A stretch of DNA of 64,000 bases from a virus (lineage: Duplodnaviria; Caudoviricetes). Under the pieces are notes generated by a model. The model did not search any database and was not told where the DNA came from. It saw nothing but the letters and a program-made list of their open reading frames with translations. This document shows positions 41,701-51,962 of the stretch, piece by piece (position 1 is the first letter of the stretch; every line of letters begins with the position of its first letter). A program made the translations under genes and the position numbers. The DNA is taken from positions 1 to 64,000 of the IMG/VR virus record IMGVR_UViG_3300009031_000221. One strand, written 5' to 3'.

Positions 41701-43998
41701 TACATAGAGTGCTACTTTGCGGTATCCAAATAGGGATCCCCGATATCCAACCCCGCCAACGACAGCCGGATCCCCATCGGAATAATCCCCTTGAATCAAC
41801 TCAAAGAACCCCGATCCAGGGATACTTACAGTCCAATCCCCTTCAAGTGCAATAGTCTGAGGATTGGACATATCCACGACATGTTGACTAGTTATTACCT
41901 GAGGCATCAGAACACTGACAGGAATCACAATCCGATTACTGAAAGCGTCTACGGTATCCTTGGTCGCAGGCGTGTCCCCACAGTAGGCTCCGTCAAGCAT
42001 CGATGGATGCCCCCCAGTCACACGGATATTGGCCCCAAGCTGTCCTTCCTCCATGGAGTAAGGAACACAACATGCGAACAAAACCATCTCACCACGGGGA
42101 TTATCCGTTGACGTAAACACCGTTGGATCAGAAGGATAAAGTGGGCCATCCTTGATGGGATGCGAGAACCGAACCAATCCATTAGAGTAATCTACCTCTA
42201 CGTACTGCTTCTCGGCATTCTTGGATGAATCAAGCATCAACTCGTTTGATGTAACGGGGTTATCCCAATCAGGAACAAGAATTGGGATGGCTGGCCCGCC
42301 TAGAGGGTTCGGTTCAGCACCGACCTTCGCAGGGAATAGAACCATACGGAATCCGAGATCCATCAAGCTACCAGGATTTGCATAGCCCGCAGTTCCGCTC
42401 TTCGCCGTATCAAATACTGCCCGATCCGCCCGACCAGGATTCAACCCACTGGACTTCATCGAACGCTCAACCCAACGGGGATCGATGATGTTGGTCAACC
42501 TTGCGGATTGAATCTTGTCGATGTCGGCATACCGTGTAGACCACAAATCCGTCACAGGATCATGGACAGTGGCCTCCACAAAGATGCCCTTACCGACAGC
42601 AGGGGCGGATGTATGGATCGAGTAATATTCCCCAGATCCCGTCCTTGAGAAACCAAGGGCGGGATTATTCTCTTCCATACGACGCAGAACCCAATAATTC
42701 AAAGGCCCGGCGACGGACGCCGTAACCTCAAACCATCCCATCAAAGAGGATTGATTGATTTCAAAGTCATTGGGCCATCGGAATGCCGCACCCCCAACAG
42801 TTTGAACTGATGTGATATGCAGGATTTTCCCTACCAAGCTTCCCGTGAATACGGGATCCGGGGCATCCATCAATATGAAAGTGCCCGCGGGACTTTCAGC
42901 CACAGGCCATGCAGGATCCAATAACCCTGTTACAGGATCAATGCCATGCAAACGACCCTTCCAATTTCCTACGGGACGCGGAATAGGCAACTTGGGGCCG
43001 TAAGCGTAATCAAAGGTGCTGCCCGTAAGCAATGGGAGATTAATTTGGTCTTCTGTCCAGTTAGGGATAGTAGTCCACACATTGTAAGGGTAGCGTTCGT
43101 CTGTACCCAATGCTCGACGAGGGGGCACAACAGCAAATGCCTGCGACTCTTTGACCCCGCCACTCGATGATCCAGGCACGGCAACTAGACGGGTTGCCTG
43201 CGGTTGTAGGATTGTGATGGCACGAATGACGGGATTCGCAGGAATCGTGAAATAATTTGCCAAACGCTTGTTTGGATCCAGTATGATGACATCAACACGA
43301 ACTGCAATGATACGGAAAATCTCATATTTAGCGTTTGGATCTACCGGGGTCAATCCGGTATATCCCACAATAGGACCAGGAACAGAATTCTCCAATACGC
43401 ATCCGTCACCAATACCACCGACAACAGGGCCGGGCAGATTTCCTTCGCCTCCGGTCTGAGATATGACCATGTAAAGGCCACCAGGATAATCCGTTGCGCT
43501 AATAACCCCATTGGGAATCCCGTACAAATCTGTAACGGTATCACCTGGAGTCACTTGGTTCAGTTGCAATTCATCTCCGCCACCAGGGCTGGTAACCGTC
43601 CACTGCCAAGAACCCGTGTAACTATTCTTGAGCGTGGGGCCAACCACGGAGAACGAAATCGGATGTCCTACGAAAGAACCACCCTTGGAACCGAAACGAT
43701 TGGTGCCCCAGTTGTAGGGGGCGAAATTGATTTCAGGGTGACCAGGTTGACCGATCTTGCTAATCTTGTACTGTGAAGGATTTGGAACGTTCGCATCATC
43801 CGAACGGGACTCATTATAAGACCCTGTATCCATTTGATGGGATGCAGCCCATGATCCAGCCATACCACGAATGACTTCAGCAGCTTGAGACACACGTGCT
43901 GCCGGAACAGTTTGCCACTTGGACAAAGCTTCCTGCCACGAGTCCCTCGATGATGTCGTTGCGGTGATAGGATCGGCACCGAGATTCTGATTCGCCAT
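38749..43998 (-). CDS. Tail spike / receptor-binding protein with C-terminal parallel beta-helix
   Basis: 1749 aa; roughly the last 650 aa are pectin-lyase-like repeats (I.GN.F, I.NN.I). Confidence 0.8.
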   Translation of the reverse strand: MANQNLGADPITATTSSRDSWQEALSKWQTVPAARVSQAAEVIRGMAGSWAASHQMDTGSYNESRSDDANVPNPSQYKISKIGQPGHPEINFAPYNWGTNRFGSKGGSFVGHPISFSVVGPTLKNSYTGSWQWTVTSPGGGDELQLNQVTPGDTVTDLYGIPNGVISATDYPGGLYMVISQTGGEGNLPGPVVGGIGDGCVLENSVPGPIVGYTGLTPVDPNAKYEIFRIIAVRVDVIILDPNKRLANYFTIPANPVIRAITILQPQATRLVAVPGSSSGGVKESQAFAVVPPRRALGTDERYPYNVWTTIPNWTEDQINLPLLTGSTFDYAYGPKLPIPRPVGNWKGRLHGIDPVTGLLDPAWPVAESPAGTFILMDAPDPVFTGSLVGKILHITSVQTVGGAAFRWPNDFEINQSSLMGWFEVTASVAGPLNYWVLRRMEENNPALGFSRTGSGEYYSIHTSAPAVGKGIFVEATVHDPVTDLWSTRYADIDKIQSARLTNIIDPRWVERSMKSSGLNPGRADRAVFDTAKSGTAGYANPGSLMDLGFRMVLFPAKVGAEPNPLGGPAIPILVPDWDNPVTSNELMLDSSKNAEKQYVEVDYSNGLVRFSHPIKDGPLYPSDPTVFTSTDNPRGEMVLFACCVPYSMEEGQLGANIRVTGGHPSMLDGAYCGDTPATKDTVDAFSNRIVIPVSVLMPQVITSQHVVDMSNPQTIALEGDWTVSIPGSGFFELIQGDYSDGDPAVVGGVGYRGSLFGYRKVALYVDPVTGIDFTILGELYGGGVQAGGPVDSFTIDAANPHVVVFRREVVTPNDLTGVAGVNYQFDTTYGSAKRSSSVRFDDADVVANTDGSVTVRAKGTQTLNLQKNLDDMFSSWHLKSTRVTASALIAGTHYDITIDPATILMQGQRMLTPQVTIQIPSAVDPNIFYFYFEHNDGTTCPACYYTSWFIDGANAFPLPHPEDILIAKVVVSGGVATVMNLQNPIRDMDKRLEITVGEIGGTNVDWISFNNGHAHFKTLGEAVGYASEMMAPESGGPAYKQVRIRVIGRTLETVLPIEIKTNGLVIEGMPLSASGINTTEISWDDATKDLIDLNGRSDLVFRDLAFRFLGADPMVATNSLFITSSGPSSNVIIDNCRANGYVYNFLKAQAFVVTESRITSNHATSLRGDGIHCVQIGSPIANTIIEGNLFGTSVLGGRTGTVGIKILHDDTATFYLNDKISNVTIRNNYITGFGNGIWVGGGAGIIDGNYINGTLHTGLIAAGGVKINNNNLSVIHTGLVDMLWGFKYGILVFTKENLNTTVGHNSVDMDVSVVGNYDDGIHVGYPVLGSPPTVSVHHNTVTVNVSNPWHIYVFGYGASVQSNVCNVMKVDGTNCYIAGNYAYILAAGYDVVTNLPTGGSNNTIVGNTFANGYVWDGNTVEGNTFGSGLCFHDDCKLIGNTIATLTDYVGLSAGAVASLRPIIANNVITSISTGAGTADKINIGGPYEITGNRIAGVFEILDANFGTIGDNTFAASLILGRGTLSSYFTVTGNTIGSPGLIIGDAGHVAIYGTVTGNQMQSATGLVAYASKLNFTGNSTCSAGNNGTVTVVGAENVIASNTTGAIDVTGTNNMITGNQMFGGITVNAASGGTQVAGNNLPTGNTISILSSSTMIFNNIAGFITFGENLTHAVITGNMVTNSIVLGSAAAAQVDPVVLTGNMILGAAGITNTDTLAAKVNSVVVVGNVAQNVFAAGIVAGNVDANNGNV

Positions 43999-44048
43999 TT
44001 TTGTTCCTACGCCTCCCTATTGGAGGACGCCTATAACCTACCCACCGA

Positions 44049-47000
44049 CTAGAGGCTCTGAACCAATGACGGATGAACCACCTTGATACCGCATAGCCCC
44101 CGCACTTCATTTGGGAGCAATCCAGGGGTTGGGACTACGCCAAACTGTCCCGGAGGTCCCAGGTATTCCAACGTCATATCGTAATCCACGGCCAATTCGT
44201 TCATGATGACACGAACCAGGATCGGGACTTCAAACACACCGCTAGCAGGAACGGTCTCGATTCCTTGGCACAGGTTAGCCCACGGGCCGACATTTGCCTT
44301 GACCTGACAACCTACCATGCCGGTAGATGAATCATAAACATCAAACGTATTCACCCCTGCTACTTGGCATCCCGCCCCATCTTGGGCAGGATCCTGCTTG
44401 CTAGGGCCTGCCCCGTCCATACGTCCAAGATCCATCCATGTCGTCAACCCAGGAACTTTGACCATAATGGCAATGCCCGTGTAGGTTGCGAAGGTCACCC
44501 CGTCACCCAACCCACCAGCCCCAGGTGCGGTGTAGGCGAAGTCCTCCAGGCGAAGTCCTTCAATACGGAATACAACCAAAGGTTGTCCAATCACACTTGG
44601 GACATATGGAGTCACAGGGTCAGAACCAAACCGTGCAAATGCTGCGTCGAAGCATCGCGTGTAGAACCGCGTTCCCACCGACCCTACGTAGTTAGGTTGT
44701 ACAACGGCTTCTCCCAACAGCCCTGGGGTATATCCTGCGGAATAGTCAGTCTTGGGATACTGAACCAATCCTGCAGATGGGAAAGGATATTGCACCCCTG
44801 CCAGATAGGCGGGGTTACGATAAGGCAACCCTGCTACCTGCAATTCCCACCCTACAAGAGGTGTTGCATAATCTCCTGTCTGGAAGGTTGAATTATCCGA
44901 CCAAGCATCCCCCGCAAATACTTCGGCGGTATCTCCCGCACGCACAGGAACAGGAATGGGCCCGCCAATCCAGGCACCAATTCCAGGCCCTACTATTGCC
45001 GCGATAGTACCTGGATCCCCAATGGCGTTGAAATCACCGTAATAGCGGTAGATTTCATCAAGGAATCGTTCTTCCGTATCCTTGAGCGGTGTAACCAAAC
45101 TAACGGCACATGCAGGAGGAACAGCCCCTACAAAGTTACCGTAATGTGCCGCCAAGGGGTTGAGAATATTAGCCGCATGCCACTTAGTTGAATGGTACAG
45201 GATCTTGGCACCCCCATCAGGAGTAGGTACCATCTTGATGCCATTGCCATCCGTAGCCGTAACAGGCTGAATCGGGATGTCCGAAAGAGGCCTACGGATG
45301 AATACCGTCGGCACCGCTTCCGTAGAGAATGCGGGTAAATCAATATCCCCCGTAAACTTGACCCCAGTATTTAACGTGCTGATGATAATGTGATCCACAT
45401 TCGTTGGGCCTACCACATCCGTAAATCCAAGATGCGTAAAGGGAATCTCCAAGCGCTGAGACCTAGATGTCAAAGTGCCAAAGAGGGCGCCCGGAACTTG
45501 CGGGGCTACCTCAAATGTAAATGGTGCCAATCCCATAAATACGGGGCAAGGGCTAGACAACCGTGCCGGGGGGATCTGGGCATCTGTTGTCAATGGATTG
45601 TCTTCTGTCCGATAGAAGTCAATCCATGCCTGCGTCACATCCAAAGCCATATCGGACAACCAGAAACCTGCGACGGCAGCGGCATTCACGGGAACAAAAT
45701 ATGCCACGCCCGACACATACATGAATACAGGGGTATCCATAGCCCAATCAAATGTCTTGGTTACGACAGTCGGGTTCGTTGTGTTGTTCGCAGTCACCAT
45801 CGAAGAACGTAGAACATGATATGACCGAGAGCTATAGCCATAATCTGGGGCTGGCCCCTTACCCGGAGCGAAGGGTGTCCCAAACGGGGGCCCTACAACG
45901 GCAGAATCCAACGGGTTGACCAAGTTGTAATCACTAGCAACATTGTCGGCAGTCGTATCCAACAAGGTTGCCCCATAGACCTCATAGCCATCCGGTGCGG
46001 CAGCCCAGGGCATAATACCATCACGGACAAAGGCCTCAAAGTTCGCCTCTGTCTTAAAGTGAATCATCCAATATGTACCGAGGTTTACTCCAGTAATATC
46101 CGACCCAGGAACGTAGAACGAATGTCGGAACCGAGCTACCTGCCAAGTCCAGTAATCCTCTTGGAAATTATCGTAATTCCCCGCTTGATTGAGGTAATCC
46201 GTCCCGCCAATGTTGGTCATCCAAGCACTGACCGGTTCATACGTATTCACAGGCCCTGTCACGAAGTACCTTGCGGACTCTCGTGTCAAGTATGGATCAA
46301 TACCATGTGGCGTGTATTTCAATCCCGTTGCCTTGCTATAGTCCTTCAGGTAAGGCAGGCGGTAACGGAAAAAGTTCGTATCCAACACCAAGGTCTGACC
46401 CAAGTAAGGATATGCCGTAGGAGCGGGGATTCCTGGGAATACATTCAACAATGTAACAGTCGCGGCAACACCGCCTGCGTCATAAGCATCCGGGCCCGCC
46501 CCTAGAACAGGAATGCCGTATTCAACAACAAGCGATGGAGCAGGCAAAGGCGGGTCAACCGTAGCATCCGTTCCCAACCGAACCTGTCCAGCACCTCGAT
46601 TTATTGAAAATGAATTCCGTACCCAGGGGGTATCCCATGGAATAGCTAGGGGGCTTCCGTCAATATCCGAAATGCCCGTATTGATTTCGTGGAGATCATA
46701 CTGACCTGAAGCCTGCCCTGGATACTCAAATGGGTTGTAACTTCCATCAGGATTCAAACCAATGCTGAAGATACTTCCAGATACCGGGCCTGTACCAGGG
46801 CTGCCATCACAAGTCACCGGCGGAATGGTGTCCTTGGTGATACATGCACCTGAACCCGCACCATCGCCCGCACCGGAACCCATGACGAGGGCTGCAACGC
46901 AACGATCCAATACCGGCTGTGCAAGGAAATCGACAACGGTGTTCTCTTTAGGCCAGTGGATGATGGCAATAACGCCACGATCTGCCGGGAAAATTGAACC

Positions 47001-47705
47001 CGATACCGTGACAGGCAACATAAATGGCCCAGTTGAAGGATTTGTATCCTGTACTGCAGCGCCTCGAGTACGAACAACAGAGTTATCAACTTCTGTGAAA
47101 GCCCCCGCCGCAAACCTACCAATTCCAGTACCAGGGATATTCAACCCATTTACAGAATTCCCGTTCCACACCATATCTGTTTGAGGGTCAGAACCCGCAT
47201 AAGTTAGGGAAGTTGGGGACCAATCCGTTGTCGGTGAAGGTGCCGTCCAGTATTCGGTATAGATTTCAGGGTTTGCTATTATGCCACTATTTGATCTATC
47301 CGCCAGCTTAGCAACGCCCCAGTCAGGAATGCCTGAAAAAGTCGTGTAATTGGCGGATTGCCCCAACATTGGAGGACGGACTGCCACACCAGAAGCCATC
47401 TCATCCAAAGCGCCTTCAACATTCTTCGAATAGAACAAGTCAGGATACGTGCCAATACCAATCGCGGTTGCTTCATGTGCATCGCTAGGGTCGCTAACGT
47501 GACTTGACAGATCTGCCCCGCCCGTGTCACTAGGGGCAGGAATGCCCAAACGGACACCACCACCAGGGGCTACATAGCCCGGTTGCCCGATGTTGTTGCC
47601 CACAGGAACCATCCCCCCACCCGTCAAGACAAGGTTGTCCATCGTGGTTGGAAGGGCTTTACCGGAGCCGGTCTTGATACTGCCAGGGTTCTTGATCCGG
47701 GGCAT
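44049..47705 (-). CDS. Large virion structural protein
   Basis: 1218 aa; fibre-type motif HVSDPSDAHEATAIG...NVEGALDEMA near the N-terminus. Confidence 0.7.
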   Translation of the reverse strand: MPRIKNPGSIKTGSGKALPTTMDNLVLTGGGMVPVGNNIGQPGYVAPGGGVRLGIPAPSDTGGADLSSHVSDPSDAHEATAIGIGTYPDLFYSKNVEGALDEMASGVAVRPPMLGQSANYTTFSGIPDWGVAKLADRSNSGIIANPEIYTEYWTAPSPTTDWSPTSLTYAGSDPQTDMVWNGNSVNGLNIPGTGIGRFAAGAFTEVDNSVVRTRGAAVQDTNPSTGPFMLPVTVSGSIFPADRGVIAIIHWPKENTVVDFLAQPVLDRCVAALVMGSGAGDGAGSGACITKDTIPPVTCDGSPGTGPVSGSIFSIGLNPDGSYNPFEYPGQASGQYDLHEINTGISDIDGSPLAIPWDTPWVRNSFSINRGAGQVRLGTDATVDPPLPAPSLVVEYGIPVLGAGPDAYDAGGVAATVTLLNVFPGIPAPTAYPYLGQTLVLDTNFFRYRLPYLKDYSKATGLKYTPHGIDPYLTRESARYFVTGPVNTYEPVSAWMTNIGGTDYLNQAGNYDNFQEDYWTWQVARFRHSFYVPGSDITGVNLGTYWMIHFKTEANFEAFVRDGIMPWAAAPDGYEVYGATLLDTTADNVASDYNLVNPLDSAVVGPPFGTPFAPGKGPAPDYGYSSRSYHVLRSSMVTANNTTNPTVVTKTFDWAMDTPVFMYVSGVAYFVPVNAAAVAGFWLSDMALDVTQAWIDFYRTEDNPLTTDAQIPPARLSSPCPVFMGLAPFTFEVAPQVPGALFGTLTSRSQRLEIPFTHLGFTDVVGPTNVDHIIISTLNTGVKFTGDIDLPAFSTEAVPTVFIRRPLSDIPIQPVTATDGNGIKMVPTPDGGAKILYHSTKWHAANILNPLAAHYGNFVGAVPPACAVSLVTPLKDTEERFLDEIYRYYGDFNAIGDPGTIAAIVGPGIGAWIGGPIPVPVRAGDTAEVFAGDAWSDNSTFQTGDYATPLVGWELQVAGLPYRNPAYLAGVQYPFPSAGLVQYPKTDYSAGYTPGLLGEAVVQPNYVGSVGTRFYTRCFDAAFARFGSDPVTPYVPSVIGQPLVVFRIEGLRLEDFAYTAPGAGGLGDGVTFATYTGIAIMVKVPGLTTWMDLGRMDGAGPSKQDPAQDGAGCQVAGVNTFDVYDSSTGMVGCQVKANVGPWANLCQGIETVPASGVFEVPILVRVIMNELAVDYDMTLEYLGPPGQFGVVPTPGLLPNEVRGLCGIKVVHPSLVQSL

Positions 47706-47717
47706 AGCTACACTCCC

Positions 47718-50700
47718 TTAGGGTCCAGGGACTACACAGGCACGATCCCCAACCAGGAGCAGAAGATTCCGCGTCCTGTACAAGGCGGCACATGTCCGAT
47801 TATCTACAAGTGGGTCCGTGAATCGCACGGTATTCTCATCATCCAATTCGGCAAACCGAGTCAGGACAACCAAAAGCAATTCATTCTTACGATACAGCAA
47901 TCCATCATCCGAACCCGCCACATCCTCAACCGCACGGGCAAGGAATGGGAACAGAACCTTGTGCCGAACCGCACCGTACAAAGGCTGGGAAAGTACCGTT
48001 GGACGATACATCCAGTCCGCAGCAAACGGGTAATAGGCACGAAAATCCGCATCTTTACGGGGTCGTTGATCAGCGGCGGCACCACCAAACTCCAGGATGT
48101 TCTGCCCATCGGCCTGAACAAATGGACGAAGCGCTACCAAACCAGTGTCGGCATTGAAGTCCGCAATGGTCACGTCAGCCGTTCCGCAGAAATACCATTC
48201 CTTGATTTGCCCCGGAATATCACCATCATTGGTAGGCATCTGATCCATAGGCGCCAAGTATGGGAATGCCCGATCCTGTGACCCTGCCCCAACTTGACCC
48301 GTCCACACATCAGAACCCATGCACAGAGGTTCTACATGCAGCGTAGCCGGCAATACGCCAGACCCTATTGTATCCATGACACCTTCCACGACCCCTGCCG
48401 TTTGTGGAGCATTGGTACGGAAGTATACATTCAATTGGTACCCTGAATTTCCATAATTCGGAATTGGATCCTGTGCAAAGTACTCAACCTGACAAAGAGT
48501 TTGTCCCGGATTCGTCAGGATAACGCTGGTCTTCACCAACCTCGAAGATGACCCCCACTCAGTGAGTGCCAAATCGACAACATTCATTCCAGGTGCCAGC
48601 ATATCGGACACCTTTGTATTAGCTCTATCCTCGAAAACCCGACGAGGGAATCGGAGATAATCCTGATCCATGCTAACCAGGTATTCTTCATGCCCCGCCG
48701 TAACCCCAATGGGAACATGCAACTGATCAGGAACTGTAAGTCCCGTAGTATCATTCGCCTGATACTCAAGCTGGACTTCCCGGTAACCTTCGCGGAATCG
48801 AGGGGCCAATAGAGTTTGCATGTCATTGGGTTGTTCGCTTACGTCATCCGCAATAACTGGCCCTGGGCCATTCCCCGCCGTCCCGTCATAAACGGTAGTA
48901 TCAGGATCCAACGGATAATACACAGTATCCGTTGTACCAGCGCCAATTGGATAAGTGATCTCAATCTCTACGAATATGCGGCGTTGGGATCCAAAAAGAA
49001 CAATATCCTGTCCTACCATCGGATATGGAACTGGGAATAATACTGCGCTACCGCTATCTACCAAAGTAGGGTTGGTATCCAATGGGATCTCAACGTGCAG
49101 TGTGCCTAGACCCTGGATAACTCCAGCCTGAACATCTTGGCCTACAGCAGCTACGGAGTAACCGTCATCATGACGAATAGACAACACATCCGTAATGACC
49201 GTGCCAACCGGCATACAATCACTCGTATGCCACGCAGCAGCTACGGAAGGAACGTTGACGCCCCCTTGGAATATGCCACCCAAAGTCGTCGGATTGAATT
49301 GTGTCAGGTCAAGGTGTAGAACGTCACCTACATACCAAGCCGCGGGGTCACTGCCAACAGCCTTGGTGACGTACTTGCCCAAGTTGGTTATCCCAGGGGG
49401 AACCGCACCTACTGTCCTGTCCCCAGGATAAAATGAGAACACAACCCGTTCTACGATGGATTGATCCCCGAACCTACGGGCGATGTGGTCAAAGTCTCGT
49501 TGGAAGTCCCCTCTGGTAGAGGTATTTCCATGGCCTCCATGGGCCGCAGAACGCCCAATGGCATTGCATACCAAGAACTGAGTGGATACATCGCCAGAAC
49601 CATTGCCCAACAACTGCTTGCTAGAAGCATCAATAGACCATGTTCGAGTCGAACCATCCAACAAAGATTGAATTTGGTACTGCAACTCCGCCGAGGTATC
49701 GACACCCGGGAAGATAACATGACGACGCAAGTCCAACAAATTCTCTTGGACAATCACATCCGCAAAGTGCTGGTCAGGACGATCCGACAATCCCGGAGGA
49801 ATCACCCCAATGATGCCCACATAGCCCGCATGGTTCCATAGCGGAGCACAGTTCGTGCCCGTTTCAGGATCAAACCCAAAGAACGGCCCTGTCGATACGT
49901 CATTGTACCTGTGAACGAAGCAAACCGGAATGGCATAGACGAACCCGTCTGCCGCGCCCAATGCGATAGCCGCCGCTTGTGTGCCGTCTCCGGCAACCCA
50001 CAAACCCGAGTCATCGATACCATAGGCGACTGCGGAAGAAGATGCCTCCGTGGTCGTCCTGTCCGCAGGAACGAAGGGATATCCCACAACAGGAGCTACA
50101 TTCCCACACTGTGCGAGAATCGTACGATTGCCCCCGCTCTTCGCGGAAAAGCCGTCCGGGTGCGTTTTGTAATTGACCGCTTCCGGCGTCCCCGTTGAAC
50201 GAAGCCGATATTGAAGCTGAATCCTCTGTGTCGTTTCTGTGTTGACAACAGGATCTTCCAGTTCATCCGGCAAACCAACCGTAGAAGGTGCCAACACGTT
50301 TCCGTGTGGATATAGCGTAGACTGCGTAGGCTTGTTCGGGTAATCCAAACCTCCCGCCAAGTTGACAGGGCCAGGGCCACCCGAAACAGTAATGCATCCC
50401 GCATTGACCAGTACCAATGCCAGGACATGTGCATTGCCTGCCAAGCCCGGGTCGATAGATTGAACGGTCACTACATTGGCATTTGCTCGAGCCGTCACCA
50501 AGGTATTAACCGGGGCAACCGTATTAATCGCGCCTGCAATGCTCAACGCCGTTGCTGTTGCATCTCCGCCAATGGCCCAATCCACACCTTCAGTCAGAAG
50601 GTTCCCATCCACTGAAACCTGATCGCCAGCGACGATGTTCCCGTTGGTCACAACTTCAATTGTTCCGGTTGCCTTCGGGCTAGGGGCTACAATGGCCTTC

Positions 50701-51212
50701 CATACCTCAAGGAATACAAAATCCGTCCGCTTGGTATTGACCCCAGGACCACCATAAATGGTGGGGACGGGCAACGTAATCAGGTTGTATTCAGATGTTG
50801 ACGTATTGGAATACTCAACAACAACAGGCATACCTGCAACTTGAGCTACCAATCGGGGCATGATGAACGAGTTGATCAACATCACCCCATTATGATTAGG
50901 AGCAGGAATGTCCGATAGCAACCCAGCATTCGCGCCTAGCGTATAATCGCAGTATACGTCATGTCGAGTGTGACCCCGTAGCCATCCCGAAGGTGCCTGA
51001 TGACGATTAAGGAGGCTCGCAGCAAACTGATTGGCATCCTGCTGTAGCTGAAATTCTGAATCCAGTACCGCCTTACCGGACTGAAATACAACCGTTTGGA
51101 ATGCCCTATCGCCCACCTTGAGGGAACGCGATACAGTATTCGGCGTCGGATCAGGCATCGCCGCAGGATCTGCAAGGCCACTGTAGAAGTTTTCGTGATC
51201 TTTGACACTCAT
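47718..51212 (-). CDS. Virion/baseplate-associated protein with DUF4815-like N-terminus
   Basis: 1164 aa; VFQSGKAVLDSEFQ, DFVFLEVW, RIQLQYRLR, DGFVYAIPVC. Confidence 0.75.
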   Translation of the reverse strand: MSVKDHENFYSGLADPAAMPDPTPNTVSRSLKVGDRAFQTVVFQSGKAVLDSEFQLQQDANQFAASLLNRHQAPSGWLRGHTRHDVYCDYTLGANAGLLSDIPAPNHNGVMLINSFIMPRLVAQVAGMPVVVEYSNTSTSEYNLITLPVPTIYGGPGVNTKRTDFVFLEVWKAIVAPSPKATGTIEVVTNGNIVAGDQVSVDGNLLTEGVDWAIGGDATATALSIAGAINTVAPVNTLVTARANANVVTVQSIDPGLAGNAHVLALVLVNAGCITVSGGPGPVNLAGGLDYPNKPTQSTLYPHGNVLAPSTVGLPDELEDPVVNTETTQRIQLQYRLRSTGTPEAVNYKTHPDGFSAKSGGNRTILAQCGNVAPVVGYPFVPADRTTTEASSSAVAYGIDDSGLWVAGDGTQAAAIALGAADGFVYAIPVCFVHRYNDVSTGPFFGFDPETGTNCAPLWNHAGYVGIIGVIPPGLSDRPDQHFADVIVQENLLDLRRHVIFPGVDTSAELQYQIQSLLDGSTRTWSIDASSKQLLGNGSGDVSTQFLVCNAIGRSAAHGGHGNTSTRGDFQRDFDHIARRFGDQSIVERVVFSFYPGDRTVGAVPPGITNLGKYVTKAVGSDPAAWYVGDVLHLDLTQFNPTTLGGIFQGGVNVPSVAAAWHTSDCMPVGTVITDVLSIRHDDGYSVAAVGQDVQAGVIQGLGTLHVEIPLDTNPTLVDSGSAVLFPVPYPMVGQDIVLFGSQRRIFVEIEITYPIGAGTTDTVYYPLDPDTTVYDGTAGNGPGPVIADDVSEQPNDMQTLLAPRFREGYREVQLEYQANDTTGLTVPDQLHVPIGVTAGHEEYLVSMDQDYLRFPRRVFEDRANTKVSDMLAPGMNVVDLALTEWGSSSRLVKTSVILTNPGQTLCQVEYFAQDPIPNYGNSGYQLNVYFRTNAPQTAGVVEGVMDTIGSGVLPATLHVEPLCMGSDVWTGQVGAGSQDRAFPYLAPMDQMPTNDGDIPGQIKEWYFCGTADVTIADFNADTGLVALRPFVQADGQNILEFGGAAADQRPRKDADFRAYYPFAADWMYRPTVLSQPLYGAVRHKVLFPFLARAVEDVAGSDDGLLYRKNELLLVVLTRFAELDDENTVRFTDPLVDNRTCAALYRTRNLLLLVGDRACVVPGP

Positions 51213-51234
51213 TAGGTCAATCTCCTACCCATGA

Positions 51235-51912
51235 TCAGAATGTGATCCGCCACGTAATCGTAAGGATAGCGGTTGCGGGCTTCGAAATCACGCTGAAGGT
51301 CAAGTAATTGGCCAACAGATCCTGATTGCTCATGTTGAGCGTGGTGTCCCGAGCCCCCCACAAAGCCGGACCATTATTGATCCAGTTCGTGGTTCCTGGA
51401 TTCGAACTAAACGTAGCTACTACACCCATTTCATTCAATGGCCCTACAGCTTCCGTTTCAATGAACGTTGCGGTAAAGTCCACAATATTCGTAGGATAAT
51501 TAACTGCGACACCAGCCCCATCACGAAACTGCGCCGAAGAAAACGCCTTGCGCTGAATCTGATTGTTCAATCTGCGCTGATTTGGCGTTGGCGCATCCGG
51601 CGCCAATAGATTACCTGTGGCGCCCGTGCCTATACTGAGCATAGTCAACCCCTTATTGGGGCTAGAACCAAGTACCGAGGGATCACGACTATCCCGGAAA
51701 AGACGAGCAGCAAGGATTCCCGCATCATACGTAATTACATTAGGCTTTTCCCAATGTGCTAATACTTCACCTGTATTGGCGTCCCGCATATCGAATATAA
51801 ACCCGCCCTTGGCATGGCTTGTCAAAAAGGGGTCGGCAAAGGTTCCCATGTCCATTCCCATCTTTATACCTTGTCCCGGTCGGTCAAATTTTTCTTGATG
51901 CATTTGAGCCAT
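51235..51912 (-). CDS. Baseplate/tail-fibre attachment-type structural protein
   Basis: SIGTG...P.PNQRRLNNQIQRK...FTATF...EAVGPLNEMG...LTITWRITF pattern common in myophage fibre-attachment proteins. Confidence 0.65.
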   Translation of the reverse strand: MAQMHQEKFDRPGQGIKMGMDMGTFADPFLTSHAKGGFIFDMRDANTGEVLAHWEKPNVITYDAGILAARLFRDSRDPSVLGSSPNKGLTMLSIGTGATGNLLAPDAPTPNQRRLNNQIQRKAFSSAQFRDGAGVAVNYPTNIVDFTATFIETEAVGPLNEMGVVATFSSNPGTTNWINNGPALWGARDTTLNMSNQDLLANYLTFSVISKPATAILTITWRITF

Positions 51913-51962
51913 ATCTACCTCTACCTCACAGGGGCAGTGATAGGGACTCTACCGATGAAGCC

